A DNA stretch of 64,000 nt, from positions 1-64,000 of IMG/VR virus record IMGVR_UViG_3300037751_000591. One strand, written 5' to 3'. Shown one piece after another: positions 19,842 to 29,490 of this stretch. Origin of the DNA: a virus. Taxonomy: Duplodnaviria > Caudoviricetes. The translations under genes were made by a program, and so were the position numbers. The notes beneath the pieces were generated by a model. It did not search any database. It was not told the origin of the DNA and saw only the letters and a program-made list of their open reading frames with translations. Each line of letters begins with the position of its first letter. The first letter of the stretch is position 1.

Positions 19842-20759
19842 ATGGCAAAGCCTGAGATTCACTTCAAGCGCATCGGCGTTCTGTATGTGATCGTGGCGCT
19901 GGTTGCGCTGCTCAATGTGCTGGTCCTTCTGCTCGCTGCCGAACAGCGACGCGATGCTCAGCGCCAGTCCGAGACCGTCATGGCGACAGCGCTCGCACTC
20001 GCCAATGTTTGGGCGACGCCGATACCGTTTCAGCCTGAGCCGACCACCGGCCCGACGGAATACGTCGAGCCGACCATCACGCCGCTGCCGTCGCCGACCG
20101 CCGGCCCCTACACCGTGGGGCCAATTAACTTCGACGACGGCAGCGCGCCGATTTCCATTCTCATAGGCGAATCACGGGTCGCCGACTCCATCCTGATCCC
20201 TGCATTCATTCCGATCTCATGGGACGCCCAATACGAGTCCGAAGATGACCTGTTCGCCGCCTACCGCAACACCGGTCTGGCGTGGCAGCCGGAGAGCCTC
20301 GGCTTCGGCGTGTGGCTGCACTCGGGCACGCTCGACGGCGTTGGCCTGTCGATGTACGAGTTTCAGCAGCGGGTCGAACTGGACGAGTCCGGCAACCGGC
20401 ATGACGCCCGCCACGTCGAGTTCGCGCTGCATGAGGCGGTCGTGGGGCGACCGGCCCTTGTCGTTCAGGGCGATTGCACCTTCGGTTCGTGCACGACCGC
20501 CAACTTCCTCGTGACCGACGCCATCCGCATCCCGCCAGACAAAGTAGCTGACTCGCAGCAATACCTGACGAGCGACGCCTACGACTGGATTGCCGTCAAC
20601 TACGGCATCGCGACGGCCAACGCCTTCGCGGGATCAGACACGTTCTTCATCCGCACCTGTGGCCGGCAGGCGGCTGGCGAGGTCTATGACGACACGCGCC
20701 CGTACTGGCAGCAGTCGCGGTTCTTGATTGCGTTCAAGTTCATCAGCGCAGCGGAGTAG
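19842..20759 (+). CDS. sortase-like membrane-anchored cysteine transpeptidase
   Basis: N-terminal TM, Pro/Thr linker, WLHSG (His), FFIRTC (TLxTC-like Cys), SRFLI (Arg). Confidence 0.6.
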   Translation: MAKPEIHFKRIGVLYVIVALVALLNVLVLLLAAEQRRDAQRQSETVMATALALANVWATPIPFQPEPTTGPTEYVEPTITPLPSPTAGPYTVGPINFDDGSAPISILIGESRVADSILIPAFIPISWDAQYESEDDLFAAYRNTGLAWQPESLGFGVWLHSGTLDGVGLSMYEFQQRVELDESGNRHDARHVEFALHEAVVGRPALVVQGDCTFGSCTTANFLVTDAIRIPPDKVADSQQYLTSDAYDWIAVNYGIATANAFAGSDTFFIRTCGRQAAGEVYDDTRPYWQQSRFLIAFKFISAAE

Positions 20760-20764
20760 CAGCT

Positions 20765-21367
20765 ATGGATTATGCAGAGTGGCACCGCATTCAAACGGAA
20801 GTGCACGGCCAGATCGTCAAGCCGGTCGAGTATCACCTTGCCGAGCAAGCAGCGCTCAAATACTTCTTCGGCGACCTGCACCGCGATCTTCGCATTCTGG
20901 ACGTTGGCTGCGGCATCGGCCTTGGCCTCGCCTATCTGGAGCGCATGGGGTTCGTGAATGTGCATGGCGTCGAAGTGAACGAGCGCAAGGCGTTCGTCGG
21001 GCAGTGCTTCGGCCTGAGCGTCGTGACCGGCGACATCGGCGAGTTGAGCACGGTTGAGAAGCAAGCCTTCGACGTTATCTATTGCTCGCATGCGTTCGAG
21101 CATGTGCACGATCCTGACAGGGCACTCGCCGGCATCCGTCGGACAGCGGCCAAGGACGCCCGCGCCTTTTTCATTCTGCCGTATCCCGACACCGGCGACC
21201 CCACAGCCCACTGCGCGTCCGAAGCGCTCGGCCTGCGGGTCAAGGATGATGGCGAGTCCGTGGCCCGCTGGTTCACCGACCGCGGACTGCGGCTGATTGA
21301 CAAGCGCTTTTCGAGCCAGCGTGAGCCGGAGGTCTGGCTGCAATTCCGCAAAGGATCGAGCGAATAA
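20765..21367 (+). CDS. class I SAM-dependent methyltransferase
   Basis: ILDVGCGIG, FDVIYCSHAFEHV. Confidence 0.88.
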   Translation: MDYAEWHRIQTEVHGQIVKPVEYHLAEQAALKYFFGDLHRDLRILDVGCGIGLGLAYLERMGFVNVHGVEVNERKAFVGQCFGLSVVTGDIGELSTVEKQAFDVIYCSHAFEHVHDPDRALAGIRRTAAKDARAFFILPYPDTGDPTAHCASEALGLRVKDDGESVARWFTDRGLRLIDKRFSSQREPEVWLQFRKGSSE

Positions 21368-21906
21368 TGACAAGTCTTGGCGGCGTGGCAATGTTTTTCA
21401 CCTTGTTTGTGTTTGGTATTACCTGTTTTCTGGCGGGCCTCGCTTTTGAAGGGAGCAACCGCCGAGAGCGGGCATGGCTCTTGTTTTGCTTCGCGGCCAG
21501 TGTTGGCAGCATGACTATGGTCTCGCTGGTGGGCACCTTGTTGGGGAGGTAGTGCCATGACGATGGTTGCTGGCCCGGCCGTGACGGTCTTCCTGTTGGT
21601 GGCTGGCTTTGCGGTTTGTTTGACCGCGATGTACACCTTGATCGTGTCCGCGGCCGATCGTGATTGGCCCCTTCTTCCCGTCGGCGTCATGGCGCTGCTT
21701 GGCGGTTACTACCTGTTGCTGCTGGCGCTTGCCATGGCCGGCGGTCGCATGTTCTGATGGCCGGTCCCGATGGGCAGCCGCCGTGCGGAACTGACGATGC
21801 CCTGAACGCTAGGGCCTTCCTTTTAATACTACCGTTCTCGGTTGCATTATGTTCCGCCGTCGGCTATATTTTGTGGACCGTTCTCACCCCCTGACTGGAG
21901 TCACCG

Positions 21907-22533
21907 ATGTTCAACTTCACGCCCAAGGAAGATGCCAACCAAGCGTTCGCCGACGTGCCCCATTACGACGAGGCGCGCAAGGAAGATGGCTGGCAGGGGC
22001 ATACGACCTCACGCTCGCTCGAAACGCTTAAGTCAGATGTGGTCGCCGCCATGGGCAGGGTCGGCGGGCTGGTGCATTCCTTTCAGCGTGGCAGCTACAC
22101 CATCGGCGGTCAGGAGCGCGAGGGGATTGTCATTCACTACTCGGTCGAGGGGCCGGGCGGCCAGATGGTCTATGGCCGGCTGGACATCGCCGCGCTGCCG
22201 TACAAGCCGCCCTACGGCGGCAACAGAAGCCACTCGCGCTACAAGTCCGCCTGCAAGATGCAAGAAGACAAGGCGTTGCGCATGGCGCTTTACAATGTGG
22301 CCGAAGCGCTGCGGGCGCAGTGGGTGCTGTCTCAACTGAATCCCGCCTACGTTCCGCTGATGCCGTGGATGATCGGCGATAACAAGTCGGGCATGACCTT
22401 GAGTCAGGCATATCTGTCCGAAGGCTACGGGCGCAACCTGCTGCCGCCGGGCGAGGATGGCGATAAGGCGATCCGCACCGAGTTCGAGCCAGACGACGAA
22501 GAGGCGGTTGAAGGCGAGTTTACCGAGAAATGA
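21907..22533 (+). CDS. hypothetical protein
   Basis: 208-aa ORF with GGAG RBS. Confidence 0.6.
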   Translation: MFNFTPKEDANQAFADVPHYDEARKEDGWQGHTTSRSLETLKSDVVAAMGRVGGLVHSFQRGSYTIGGQEREGIVIHYSVEGPGGQMVYGRLDIAALPYKPPYGGNRSHSRYKSACKMQEDKALRMALYNVAEALRAQWVLSQLNPAYVPLMPWMIGDNKSGMTLSQAYLSEGYGRNLLPPGEDGDKAIRTEFEPDDEEAVEGEFTEK

Positions 22534-22889
22534 CGGTCTACCTGCAGCGCTTTTTCATTCTCAACGCGCTCAACTTCTTCGACATCATCGTGACGTTTCT
22601 CATGTTCGCGATGATCCCGTCGTGGCCCACCCTCGAAGGCAATCCAGTCATGCGGGCGCTGCCCGTCGACGTCGCCACGGCTATCAAGATATTGCTGTGG
22701 GGGAGCGTGGCACTTGTCGTCAGTCATGATTCGACCCTGTTCAGAATCGGCGCGGCATTTATGAGCGCGACGGTCACATGGAACCTGCTCATGTGGCTGC
22801 CGTGGATTGTGCACAGGGCCGGCATGGGTATGTGGGCCGTGTTCATCATTTCCATTCCGCCGTGGGCATGGGTGCCCGTAGGAGGCTGA
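22530..22889 (+). CDS. multi-TM membrane protein
   Basis: about four hydrophobic helices, EGNP motif. Confidence 0.55.
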   Translation: MTVYLQRFFILNALNFFDIIVTFLMFAMIPSWPTLEGNPVMRALPVDVATAIKILLWGSVALVVSHDSTLFRIGAAFMSATVTWNLLMWLPWIVHRAGMGMWAVFIISIPPWAWVPVGG

Positions 22890-23753
22890 GTCATGGCGAA
22901 GCGGACAGCGAACGTCAAGGAAAAGATTGACAAGCCGGCCCCGACAGCCCATGTCTTTCGAGTCATTCTGCACGTCAAGCCGAGTCCCATAGATAGCGAG
23001 GGCCGCGTGGCCTCGCTGATTGACGAGATCGAGCTATTTGTCATTGCTGAGGATGACGCCGAAGCGCGGGAGAAGTCCATCACGCACGCCGAGGCCAAAG
23101 TCCGGTTCGTGCGAGGCTTGGAAGAAGGCTACGCGTTCCACAGGGAACTGCTGTACTTCGCCGAAATCGAGCATGTAGCTAGGGTGGATGTAGCATGAAT
23201 GACGTGACCGAATGTGAGACCATCATCGCCATCTTCGCCCGCTCGAATCACCCGCGGGGTTGGGGTTCCGGCTTTGGCGGATATGCTCATGGCTACGTGG
23301 TGCTGGCCGTTGCCTGCCAGTCCTATTCGCAAATGGCTGCTGTCCGCAATGCTATCAACCGCAAAGGCGTGCCCGAGCTACACGGCCCGAGGTCCTATCG
23401 CTGGTTCGGAGGCGGGTCGGGCGACTTCGATCATCTGTTTACGATTATCAATCTAGGTCCGCCACCGTCCGACATGATTATCGGTCAGGCCGCAGGCGAG
23501 GTTGCCAGTCGCGGCGACAACCGGCTGGCGTGGATCGGCAGGGCCGGGCCACTGCTGCGAGATATCGGGAGGCTGCCATGATGGGTTACGTGGTCTGCCA
23601 AGTGTGTGATTGGGAGGGCGAGGCGGAAGAAGCCGAGCGCAACACGGACGGCGAAAGCATTTGCCCCGACTGCGGGGGACGCTCGCTGATCGAGTATGAA
23701 GGCGAAGACAGCGACTTCGACGACGACCTTGACAACTACGAATTGGAGTACGC

Positions 23754-24497
23754 ATGACCATCCAGCCGCAGCTTCTTGACGGTTATTCGTTCGTCGGGCG
23801 CTGCCCTGTGTGTGGGGCAATCGGGTTCGCTATCGCCATGAGCAGGGTCGAAGATACCGGCCCGGAGATCGCGGCGCTCAAAAGCGAGGGATTTAAGCTC
23901 GAATGGGTGACATCGGCTACGGTGAGGGGGGGGAAGTGGGGCAAGTGCAAGCACATGAAGCTGGCCGACGAGTTCCGCGAAAAGGTGCGCCGGCATCCGA
24001 TGGACACCGAGTACGGTGAAAGCGCGGTCGAGCACTGGATCGACTTTTGGACTAACTTGATAGAGGAAGAGGAAGGGACCGAGACCATGCAGGGCAATGA
24101 CGCGGCCAGAAGCCGGCAGCAAGCTATAGCCGGCATCGACTTTAGCGACGGTGTTCGGGCCATTGTTGCCGAACGGTTGCGCCAGATCGAGGAAGAGGGC
24201 TGGACCGTCAATCACGATGACCATTGGAAGTCCGGCCAACTGGCGAAAGCCGCCGCCTGCTACGCAACCTACCCCGAGCACATTTTCATTCAGTACAAGA
24301 ATGCTGGCGGAGCCATCGAGTTTCGTGATCCATGGCCGTGGGAACCGCGATTCGACAAGCGGCCGGCGGGCGAAAGCCGCCGCCGCTTGCTGGTCATGGC
24401 CGGCGCGCTCATTGCCGCCGAGATTGATCGGTTGGACCGCGAGCGCAGCGCGGTCATGGCCCAAGCAAACGCCGACGCAACGGAAAGCCTTCCGTGA
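23754..24497 (+). CDS. conserved phage protein
   Basis: ERLRQIEEEGW..HDDH..GQLAKAAACYA...WPW...AGALIAAEIDRLDR motif, common in phages; extra N-terminal CPVC. Confidence 0.7.
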   Translation: MTIQPQLLDGYSFVGRCPVCGAIGFAIAMSRVEDTGPEIAALKSEGFKLEWVTSATVRGGKWGKCKHMKLADEFREKVRRHPMDTEYGESAVEHWIDFWTNLIEEEEGTETMQGNDAARSRQQAIAGIDFSDGVRAIVAERLRQIEEEGWTVNHDDHWKSGQLAKAAACYATYPEHIFIQYKNAGGAIEFRDPWPWEPRFDKRPAGESRRRLLVMAGALIAAEIDRLDRERSAVMAQANADATESLP

Positions 24498-25324
24498 CCG
24501 GCAATGGCGACACCCCCGAAGTCGAGCATGAGTTCGGCTGCTACTGTGGTTATGTGACCACGCTCGACGGCCCGCCGCCGACGGGCGGAGTCGGTCACTG
24601 CCCAAACTGCAACCGCAAGTACACGATCACGATTCTCGACGGCGAGTTACGAGTCGAGTGGTCGGCGATTTTCAAGCGCGTGCTGCTGCTTGATCTGGAC
24701 GGTACTGTGCGCTACGCCCCGCGCAGGCCGTGGCCGGAGAAGCCCGATCAGGTGCGGATATTTCCCGACGTGATTGAGAAACTCGACGAGTTCATCGAGC
24801 AGGACTTTTTCGTGGTTGCGATTACCAATCAGGCCGGTCCTGCCATGGGGCAAGCGCGGCTTGTCGATGTCCAACAGGCGCTGGCCGTTACCATGCAGCA
24901 GCTTTACCCGCGCCTGCACATGGTTCAGGCGTCCTTCGGGCATGACGATGCTGTGGTCGAGACCTTCCGCTATCGCAGCTTCCTTCGCAAGCCTCATTAC
25001 GGCATGCTGGCCGTCGCTGAGCAGACGATGATTGAAGAGGCCGGCATCGTGCCCGATTGGGACCGTTCACTGATTGTCGGCGACGGCGAGGCCGACCTTG
25101 AGCTTGCAAGGTCGGCGCACGTACCATTCGCGTGGGCGTGGGACTTTTTCAACCGCCCGCACCCCGACGAGGGCCGAAGCCCTGAGTGCCGCTACTGTAT
25201 GGGCGACGACGAAGAGGCCGACCCGCATCCGGGTCATAGCGGCGGCGGCCGCTGGTTCCATGCTCATTTGGCGGGCAGCGTATCCTGTGAGGATCAGGAC
25301 TGGTTCATAGGCCGTTATGGGTAG
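24494..25324 (+). CDS. HAD-IIIA phosphatase (GmhB / PNK 3'-phosphatase-like) with N-terminal Zn ribbon
   Basis: DLDGT, ITNQ, RKP, VGD...D motifs. Confidence 0.85.
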   Translation: MTGNGDTPEVEHEFGCYCGYVTTLDGPPPTGGVGHCPNCNRKYTITILDGELRVEWSAIFKRVLLLDLDGTVRYAPRRPWPEKPDQVRIFPDVIEKLDEFIEQDFFVVAITNQAGPAMGQARLVDVQQALAVTMQQLYPRLHMVQASFGHDDAVVETFRYRSFLRKPHYGMLAVAEQTMIEEAGIVPDWDRSLIVGDGEADLELARSAHVPFAWAWDFFNRPHPDEGRSPECRYCMGDDEEADPHPGHSGGGRWFHAHLAGSVSCEDQDWFIGRYG

Positions 25325-25491
25325 CTTTACCATGGTCGCAATCGCCAGCACTATGTTCTTCGGCCTCGGCATCGTCATCGGCAGCGCCGTCACCGGCAGC
25401 AGCGGGTCGAGTCTTGCCGGCATGGCCATCGGCACGCTGCTGATGTGTGCCAGCAGCCTGTTCGTATTGACCGCAACGGGTCGCCGGTTTG

Positions 25492-26559
25492 ATGGTTAAA
25501 CCGTCACCATTTCAGGCGCGCGTGCTGCGCTTGCTGGCCGAGGGATTTCAGTTCGGCAGCAGTATGTTTGACCCCCGCGAGGGTCGCAGGCGCGGCGGGA
25601 TTTCCATGCGACTGCCCGAGGGCATCGGGAGCAGCACGCACAATCATCATCGAAGGCGCAAGGAACTGAACTCGCCCCATGGCGAGGTCAGCATGGCGAC
25701 GGTTAGAGCCATGCTGCGGAAGCGCATGCTCACAGTCCGCACCGAAGAACGGCAGTATGGCAACAGCGACCCGTTCACGGTCTACCACCTCGAGCCGGCC
25801 GAGCGCTGGTTGAAGTGGGTAAGCGAGCGCGCCAAACCCGAAGATTTCGATTCCATAGAGCGTCCCAAGCCGGCCTTCACCGAGCAGCAGATGCTTGACC
25901 TCATTAAGGCGCGGTATAAAGACAGACGGCGCTATGCGTTCTTCCGTCAGTTCACCCTTGGCACCGGCATGTATGCCAACCGGCGCATCGATGCGTTCGT
26001 CATGAGCCTGTGGCCGTCCGACGATTTCGAGCGCATTGCATTCGAGGTCAAGGTCACGCGGTCGGACTTCCTCAGCGAGCTTCGGGATCAGGACAAGCGA
26101 GCGCGCGCCGCCAAGTATGCCAACCGGTTTTATTTCGCTGCGCCCGCCGGCATGATCGCGCCCGAAGAACTGCCCGAGAACGTCGGGCTGATGGAGGCGA
26201 AGTTCAGGCCGAATGGCGAGCCGTATCTGCGCATGGCGGTTCGAGCCAAGTCCACTCCGACCCCCGACTTTCCGATGTGGCTGGTTGCGTCCATCGTCAG
26301 GCGCGTGGACCGGATCGAGTTCGACGACGTGCTGCAGAAGCGGGCCAGCATTCTTGTCAACGCCTACTTTCCGCTGCAAGGTCTTCTCGATGAGGATGCG
26401 CCGGCCGATAGGTTCAAGGATGTTGTGACCTACTGGTTCACAGAACGGGGGCATTCGGTTTTCACGCGTCTTGACGATGAAACTGTCGCCGCCTACATTG
26501 AGCGGTATAATTTCGTGCACGCCGAGGACTCCGAAAGCGATTCCCATGACGACACCTGA
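25492..26559 (+). CDS. MmcB-like PD-(D/E)xK nuclease domain protein
   Basis: RRIDA...FEVKVTRSDFLSEL...ANRFYFAAP...ELPENVGL. Confidence 0.75.
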   Translation: MVKPSPFQARVLRLLAEGFQFGSSMFDPREGRRRGGISMRLPEGIGSSTHNHHRRRKELNSPHGEVSMATVRAMLRKRMLTVRTEERQYGNSDPFTVYHLEPAERWLKWVSERAKPEDFDSIERPKPAFTEQQMLDLIKARYKDRRRYAFFRQFTLGTGMYANRRIDAFVMSLWPSDDFERIAFEVKVTRSDFLSELRDQDKRARAAKYANRFYFAAPAGMIAPEELPENVGLMEAKFRPNGEPYLRMAVRAKSTPTPDFPMWLVASIVRRVDRIEFDDVLQKRASILVNAYFPLQGLLDEDAPADRFKDVVTYWFTERGHSVFTRLDDETVAAYIERYNFVHAEDSESDSHDDT

Positions 26560-27319
26560 GCCAAGAGAGCGGTTGCAGCGCATTATCGAGCGAGTGCGCC
26601 CGTTGTGGGAGCGGCCCCCCGATATGCCAATCTTCGACTGGCGAGACCAGCGCATAACAGAACACACGGCCGCTTTTATGATGCCCGATACCCGCGCGTG
26701 GGCATTGTGGGGGCCTGACGGCGATCTCTTGGTCGATGTGTTTGACAATCCGGCCCATGGGATCGATGGAAAGACGCTGGCGGAGTTCTACGCCTGCGCG
26801 CCCTATGACGTTCTCTTGCTGCTGCACATTGTCGAAGCCGCCGTCGCTTACACCGCCGCTTACGTCGCGGGCGGGCTTCCTCGGCAAAATGCCGATGGCA
26901 CGCTGCAAGCCAACTGGATGTGGCTTGACTTAGGCCCGCCGGAGGGCAATAACGAAAGCGCGCGCCTCTTAGCGCTGTGCCGAGCGATCTATTCCGACGA
27001 GCCAATCATCTTCGATGGAGAAACGATGCCAGACAACGAAAGCACACAGCCCGTCGGTGGGCTGCCGACCGCCGAAAACGGTGAGCGCATGCACGCCGGC
27101 GAGCCGCTCAGCGATCAGCCCGAAACGCTGGCGGCCCTGATTTATCAGAGCGTGCGCCACGTTAGGGATGCGGACTTAAAATCGCTGCTGCTCAGCGCCG
27201 CCAACTACGTGGCGAAGACCGAGCAGACCAAACGAGACATCCGCCAGACCATCGAAAACTCGCTGCAAATGCTCGACAAGCTCGATCAGCCGACGCAGCC
27301 AACGCCTGTCAAGGAATGA
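26546..27319 (+). CDS. hypothetical protein
   Basis: ORF coupled in operon. Confidence 0.5.
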   Translation: MTTPEPRERLQRIIERVRPLWERPPDMPIFDWRDQRITEHTAAFMMPDTRAWALWGPDGDLLVDVFDNPAHGIDGKTLAEFYACAPYDVLLLLHIVEAAVAYTAAYVAGGLPRQNADGTLQANWMWLDLGPPEGNNESARLLALCRAIYSDEPIIFDGETMPDNESTQPVGGLPTAENGERMHAGEPLSDQPETLAALIYQSVRHVRDADLKSLLLSAANYVAKTEQTKRDIRQTIENSLQMLDKLDQPTQPTPVKE

Positions 27320-27532
27320 CCGAGCCAAGGGTGATCCGCGGGCCACTCAACACGTTGGAGTGGACTGCTCTTATCGAATGCCCTGACTGTCAGCGCAAGG
27401 CGTGGATCGACCGCGAGCAGTATGAAGGCAAGATTTCCATTGTGTGTGAATGCGGCTGGCATGAAACGCACGACCTGACCGGCAAGACTGGCGACCCTAA
27501 CATCGCCAGAGCGACCTGAGGGAGGCAAAGTC

Positions 27533-28528
27533 ATGACCTTCGACGTGATTAGCGGCAAGGGGGCCATGGTCTGGCGGCTGCGCGAGTGGGAAGACGGTGA
27601 TCCCGCGCGGCAGGCCGCAGCCTGTGTGCAGGCCGGCCTGAGCTGGATTTCCATTAAGGTGAACGATGGCACGGACTTCCGATGGGAGTCCGAAAGCAGC
27701 TTCCCCAACAATCAGAATGAAGACCTGCTGCCTGACACTGTGGCTGCGCTGCGCGAGGCCGGCGTGGTTGTGATCGGGTGGGGATATGATTATGGTCGAA
27801 CGCCCGAGGTCGTGCGCGGCGGAACCCCCTCGATTTCCAAGGCGCATGCCGAGGCCGCCGCTGTTGTCGCCGCTTGTGCGGAATACGACATCTGGCACTA
27901 TCAGATTGACGCGCAGACGCCGTACCGCGGTGACGGTATGGGGCCGGTCGCCGAGGCGTTCATCCAGCGACTCAATCGTGACGCACCGCTGGTCGAATAC
28001 TCGCTGTGCTCATACCGGTATCCGCTGACTCATCAGCCGGATTTCCCCGTGCGCATCTTCGCGCCGCTGCTGGACTCATGGTGTCCGCAGGTTTACTTCC
28101 TCGAAGACAATCGGGCAGACGCCGGGTTCCTTCAAACGCAAACGTCCTACGTGCAGCATCAGAGCATTGCATCGCTGCCGTATTTCCCGATTTTCCCGAC
28201 CTACCAGTGGGTCAACCCTGTATCACGCGAGCCGTGGCGGGCGAGCTACGCGCAGTTGATTCATTCGTTCGCCGGCGCGTTCGCGCTCGGATTACCGGCG
28301 GCCGGCGTGTGGGACTTACCGCAGGCCGATGCAGAGCAGTTGGCCGCTATCGCCGACTTCGAGTGGCCCGAGCCAGAGGAACCGCCGCCCGGACCTGTGC
28401 CGGGTGATCTGGCCGAGCGCATTCGGGTGCTGGCCGATGAGTTGGGTGTCAAGGAGTCCGTGCACGGCGAGACCGTTGAGTCGTTCGTGCAAGAGCTTTT
28501 GTCCATCGCCGATGAGCTAGACACATAG
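27533..28528 (+). CDS. putative glycoside hydrolase / lysin (GH25-like TIM barrel)
   Basis: WISIKVNDG, GWGYDY, IDAQ, PQVY, GVW barrel-strand pattern; strong RBS. Confidence 0.5.
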   Translation: MTFDVISGKGAMVWRLREWEDGDPARQAAACVQAGLSWISIKVNDGTDFRWESESSFPNNQNEDLLPDTVAALREAGVVVIGWGYDYGRTPEVVRGGTPSISKAHAEAAAVVAACAEYDIWHYQIDAQTPYRGDGMGPVAEAFIQRLNRDAPLVEYSLCSYRYPLTHQPDFPVRIFAPLLDSWCPQVYFLEDNRADAGFLQTQTSYVQHQSIASLPYFPIFPTYQWVNPVSREPWRASYAQLIHSFAGAFALGLPAAGVWDLPQADAEQLAAIADFEWPEPEEPPPGPVPGDLAERIRVLADELGVKESVHGETVESFVQELLSIADELDT

Positions 28529-28537
28529 GAGGCACCG

Positions 28538-28972
28538 ATGTATGGCTACGACGTAAAAGGGTTATGGCAGGGACGGCAGGGCGATCTGCTGTTCGTGCGC
28601 GTGGCCGATGGGCTGCGCAAGGACGGACGCTTCGCGTTCGACGGCAACCTGCCGCAGTTCTTGTTTGCAAACGAGCAGACGGTCGTTGAGGCGGGCGGGG
28701 AGATCGTACTGGCCGAAGGGGAGAAGACGGGACATAAGCATGTTGTCACCAGTGGGCCGGCCGAGCTAGGGGTCAAGCTCCCTAATCCGCCGGATGGCGT
28801 AAGAAATAACGCCTCATGGCTTCGAATCAGCGAATCGACCGAGGTCCGCCACGACGAGCATCCGCCGCTGCCGCTTGAGCCGGGCATTTACATGATGGTT
28901 CGCCAGCGCGAGTTCGATTACGAGCAGTACGAGACTCTCAGTCGAGCGCGGTCGCAGACGAGGTTCGACTGA
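28538..28972 (+). CDS. conserved RQGD...EGExTGHxH protein (usual DUF6745 partner)
   Basis: RQGDL, LAEGEKTGHKH, HDEH, PGIY..RQRE. Confidence 0.75.
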   Translation: MYGYDVKGLWQGRQGDLLFVRVADGLRKDGRFAFDGNLPQFLFANEQTVVEAGGEIVLAEGEKTGHKHVVTSGPAELGVKLPNPPDGVRNNASWLRISESTEVRHDEHPPLPLEPGIYMMVRQREFDYEQYETLSRARSQTRFD

Positions 28973-29490
28973 TGACTGTTGTGGACATGAGCACATGGAA
29001 TCCGGTCGTTTTGGTGCTGGTTGCATGGCCGCTGGTGCTGATTGCTTGGTCGCCATGGGCTGCGATGGCTGTTTACGTGGCGGGCATTGCAGTGATGCTC
29101 TATGTGACCCATTACTTTGTTGAACGCCCCCTTGACGATTTCGGCGCGATTTCTGTTGCAGCCATCTGGCCTGCCTACTACTACATCGGCATTGGCTACG
29201 CTGCGTGGCGATTGCTGCGGTGGGCTGTGAGGCGCATCCTTCCCGTGCTTGACGGCATCATGGTTCGCTTCCTAACGCGCACCATCGACAAGAACGCCAT
29301 GGGAAAGCTGATCGAGCAGCGCTGGTCGCGAGGGCGCATCCGCCGCTACCTGATCGTTCACGACGAGACCGGCGAGCATGCCATCCCGATCCCGCCGCCG
29401 CGTGGAGCGCCGATAGAAAACGTGCTCGACGCCATCGCGTGGACGTTCACAGCAGAAAAGGGCGAATACGAGCCAGCGATAGAGGTCTGA
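28972..29490 (+). CDS. membrane protein with DUF6745-like C-terminus
   Basis: three TM helices followed by IPPP...DAIAWTF...EYEP..E. Confidence 0.55.
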   Translation: MTVVDMSTWNPVVLVLVAWPLVLIAWSPWAAMAVYVAGIAVMLYVTHYFVERPLDDFGAISVAAIWPAYYYIGIGYAAWRLLRWAVRRILPVLDGIMVRFLTRTIDKNAMGKLIEQRWSRGRIRRYLIVHDETGEHAIPIPPPRGAPIENVLDAIAWTFTAEKGEYEPAIEV

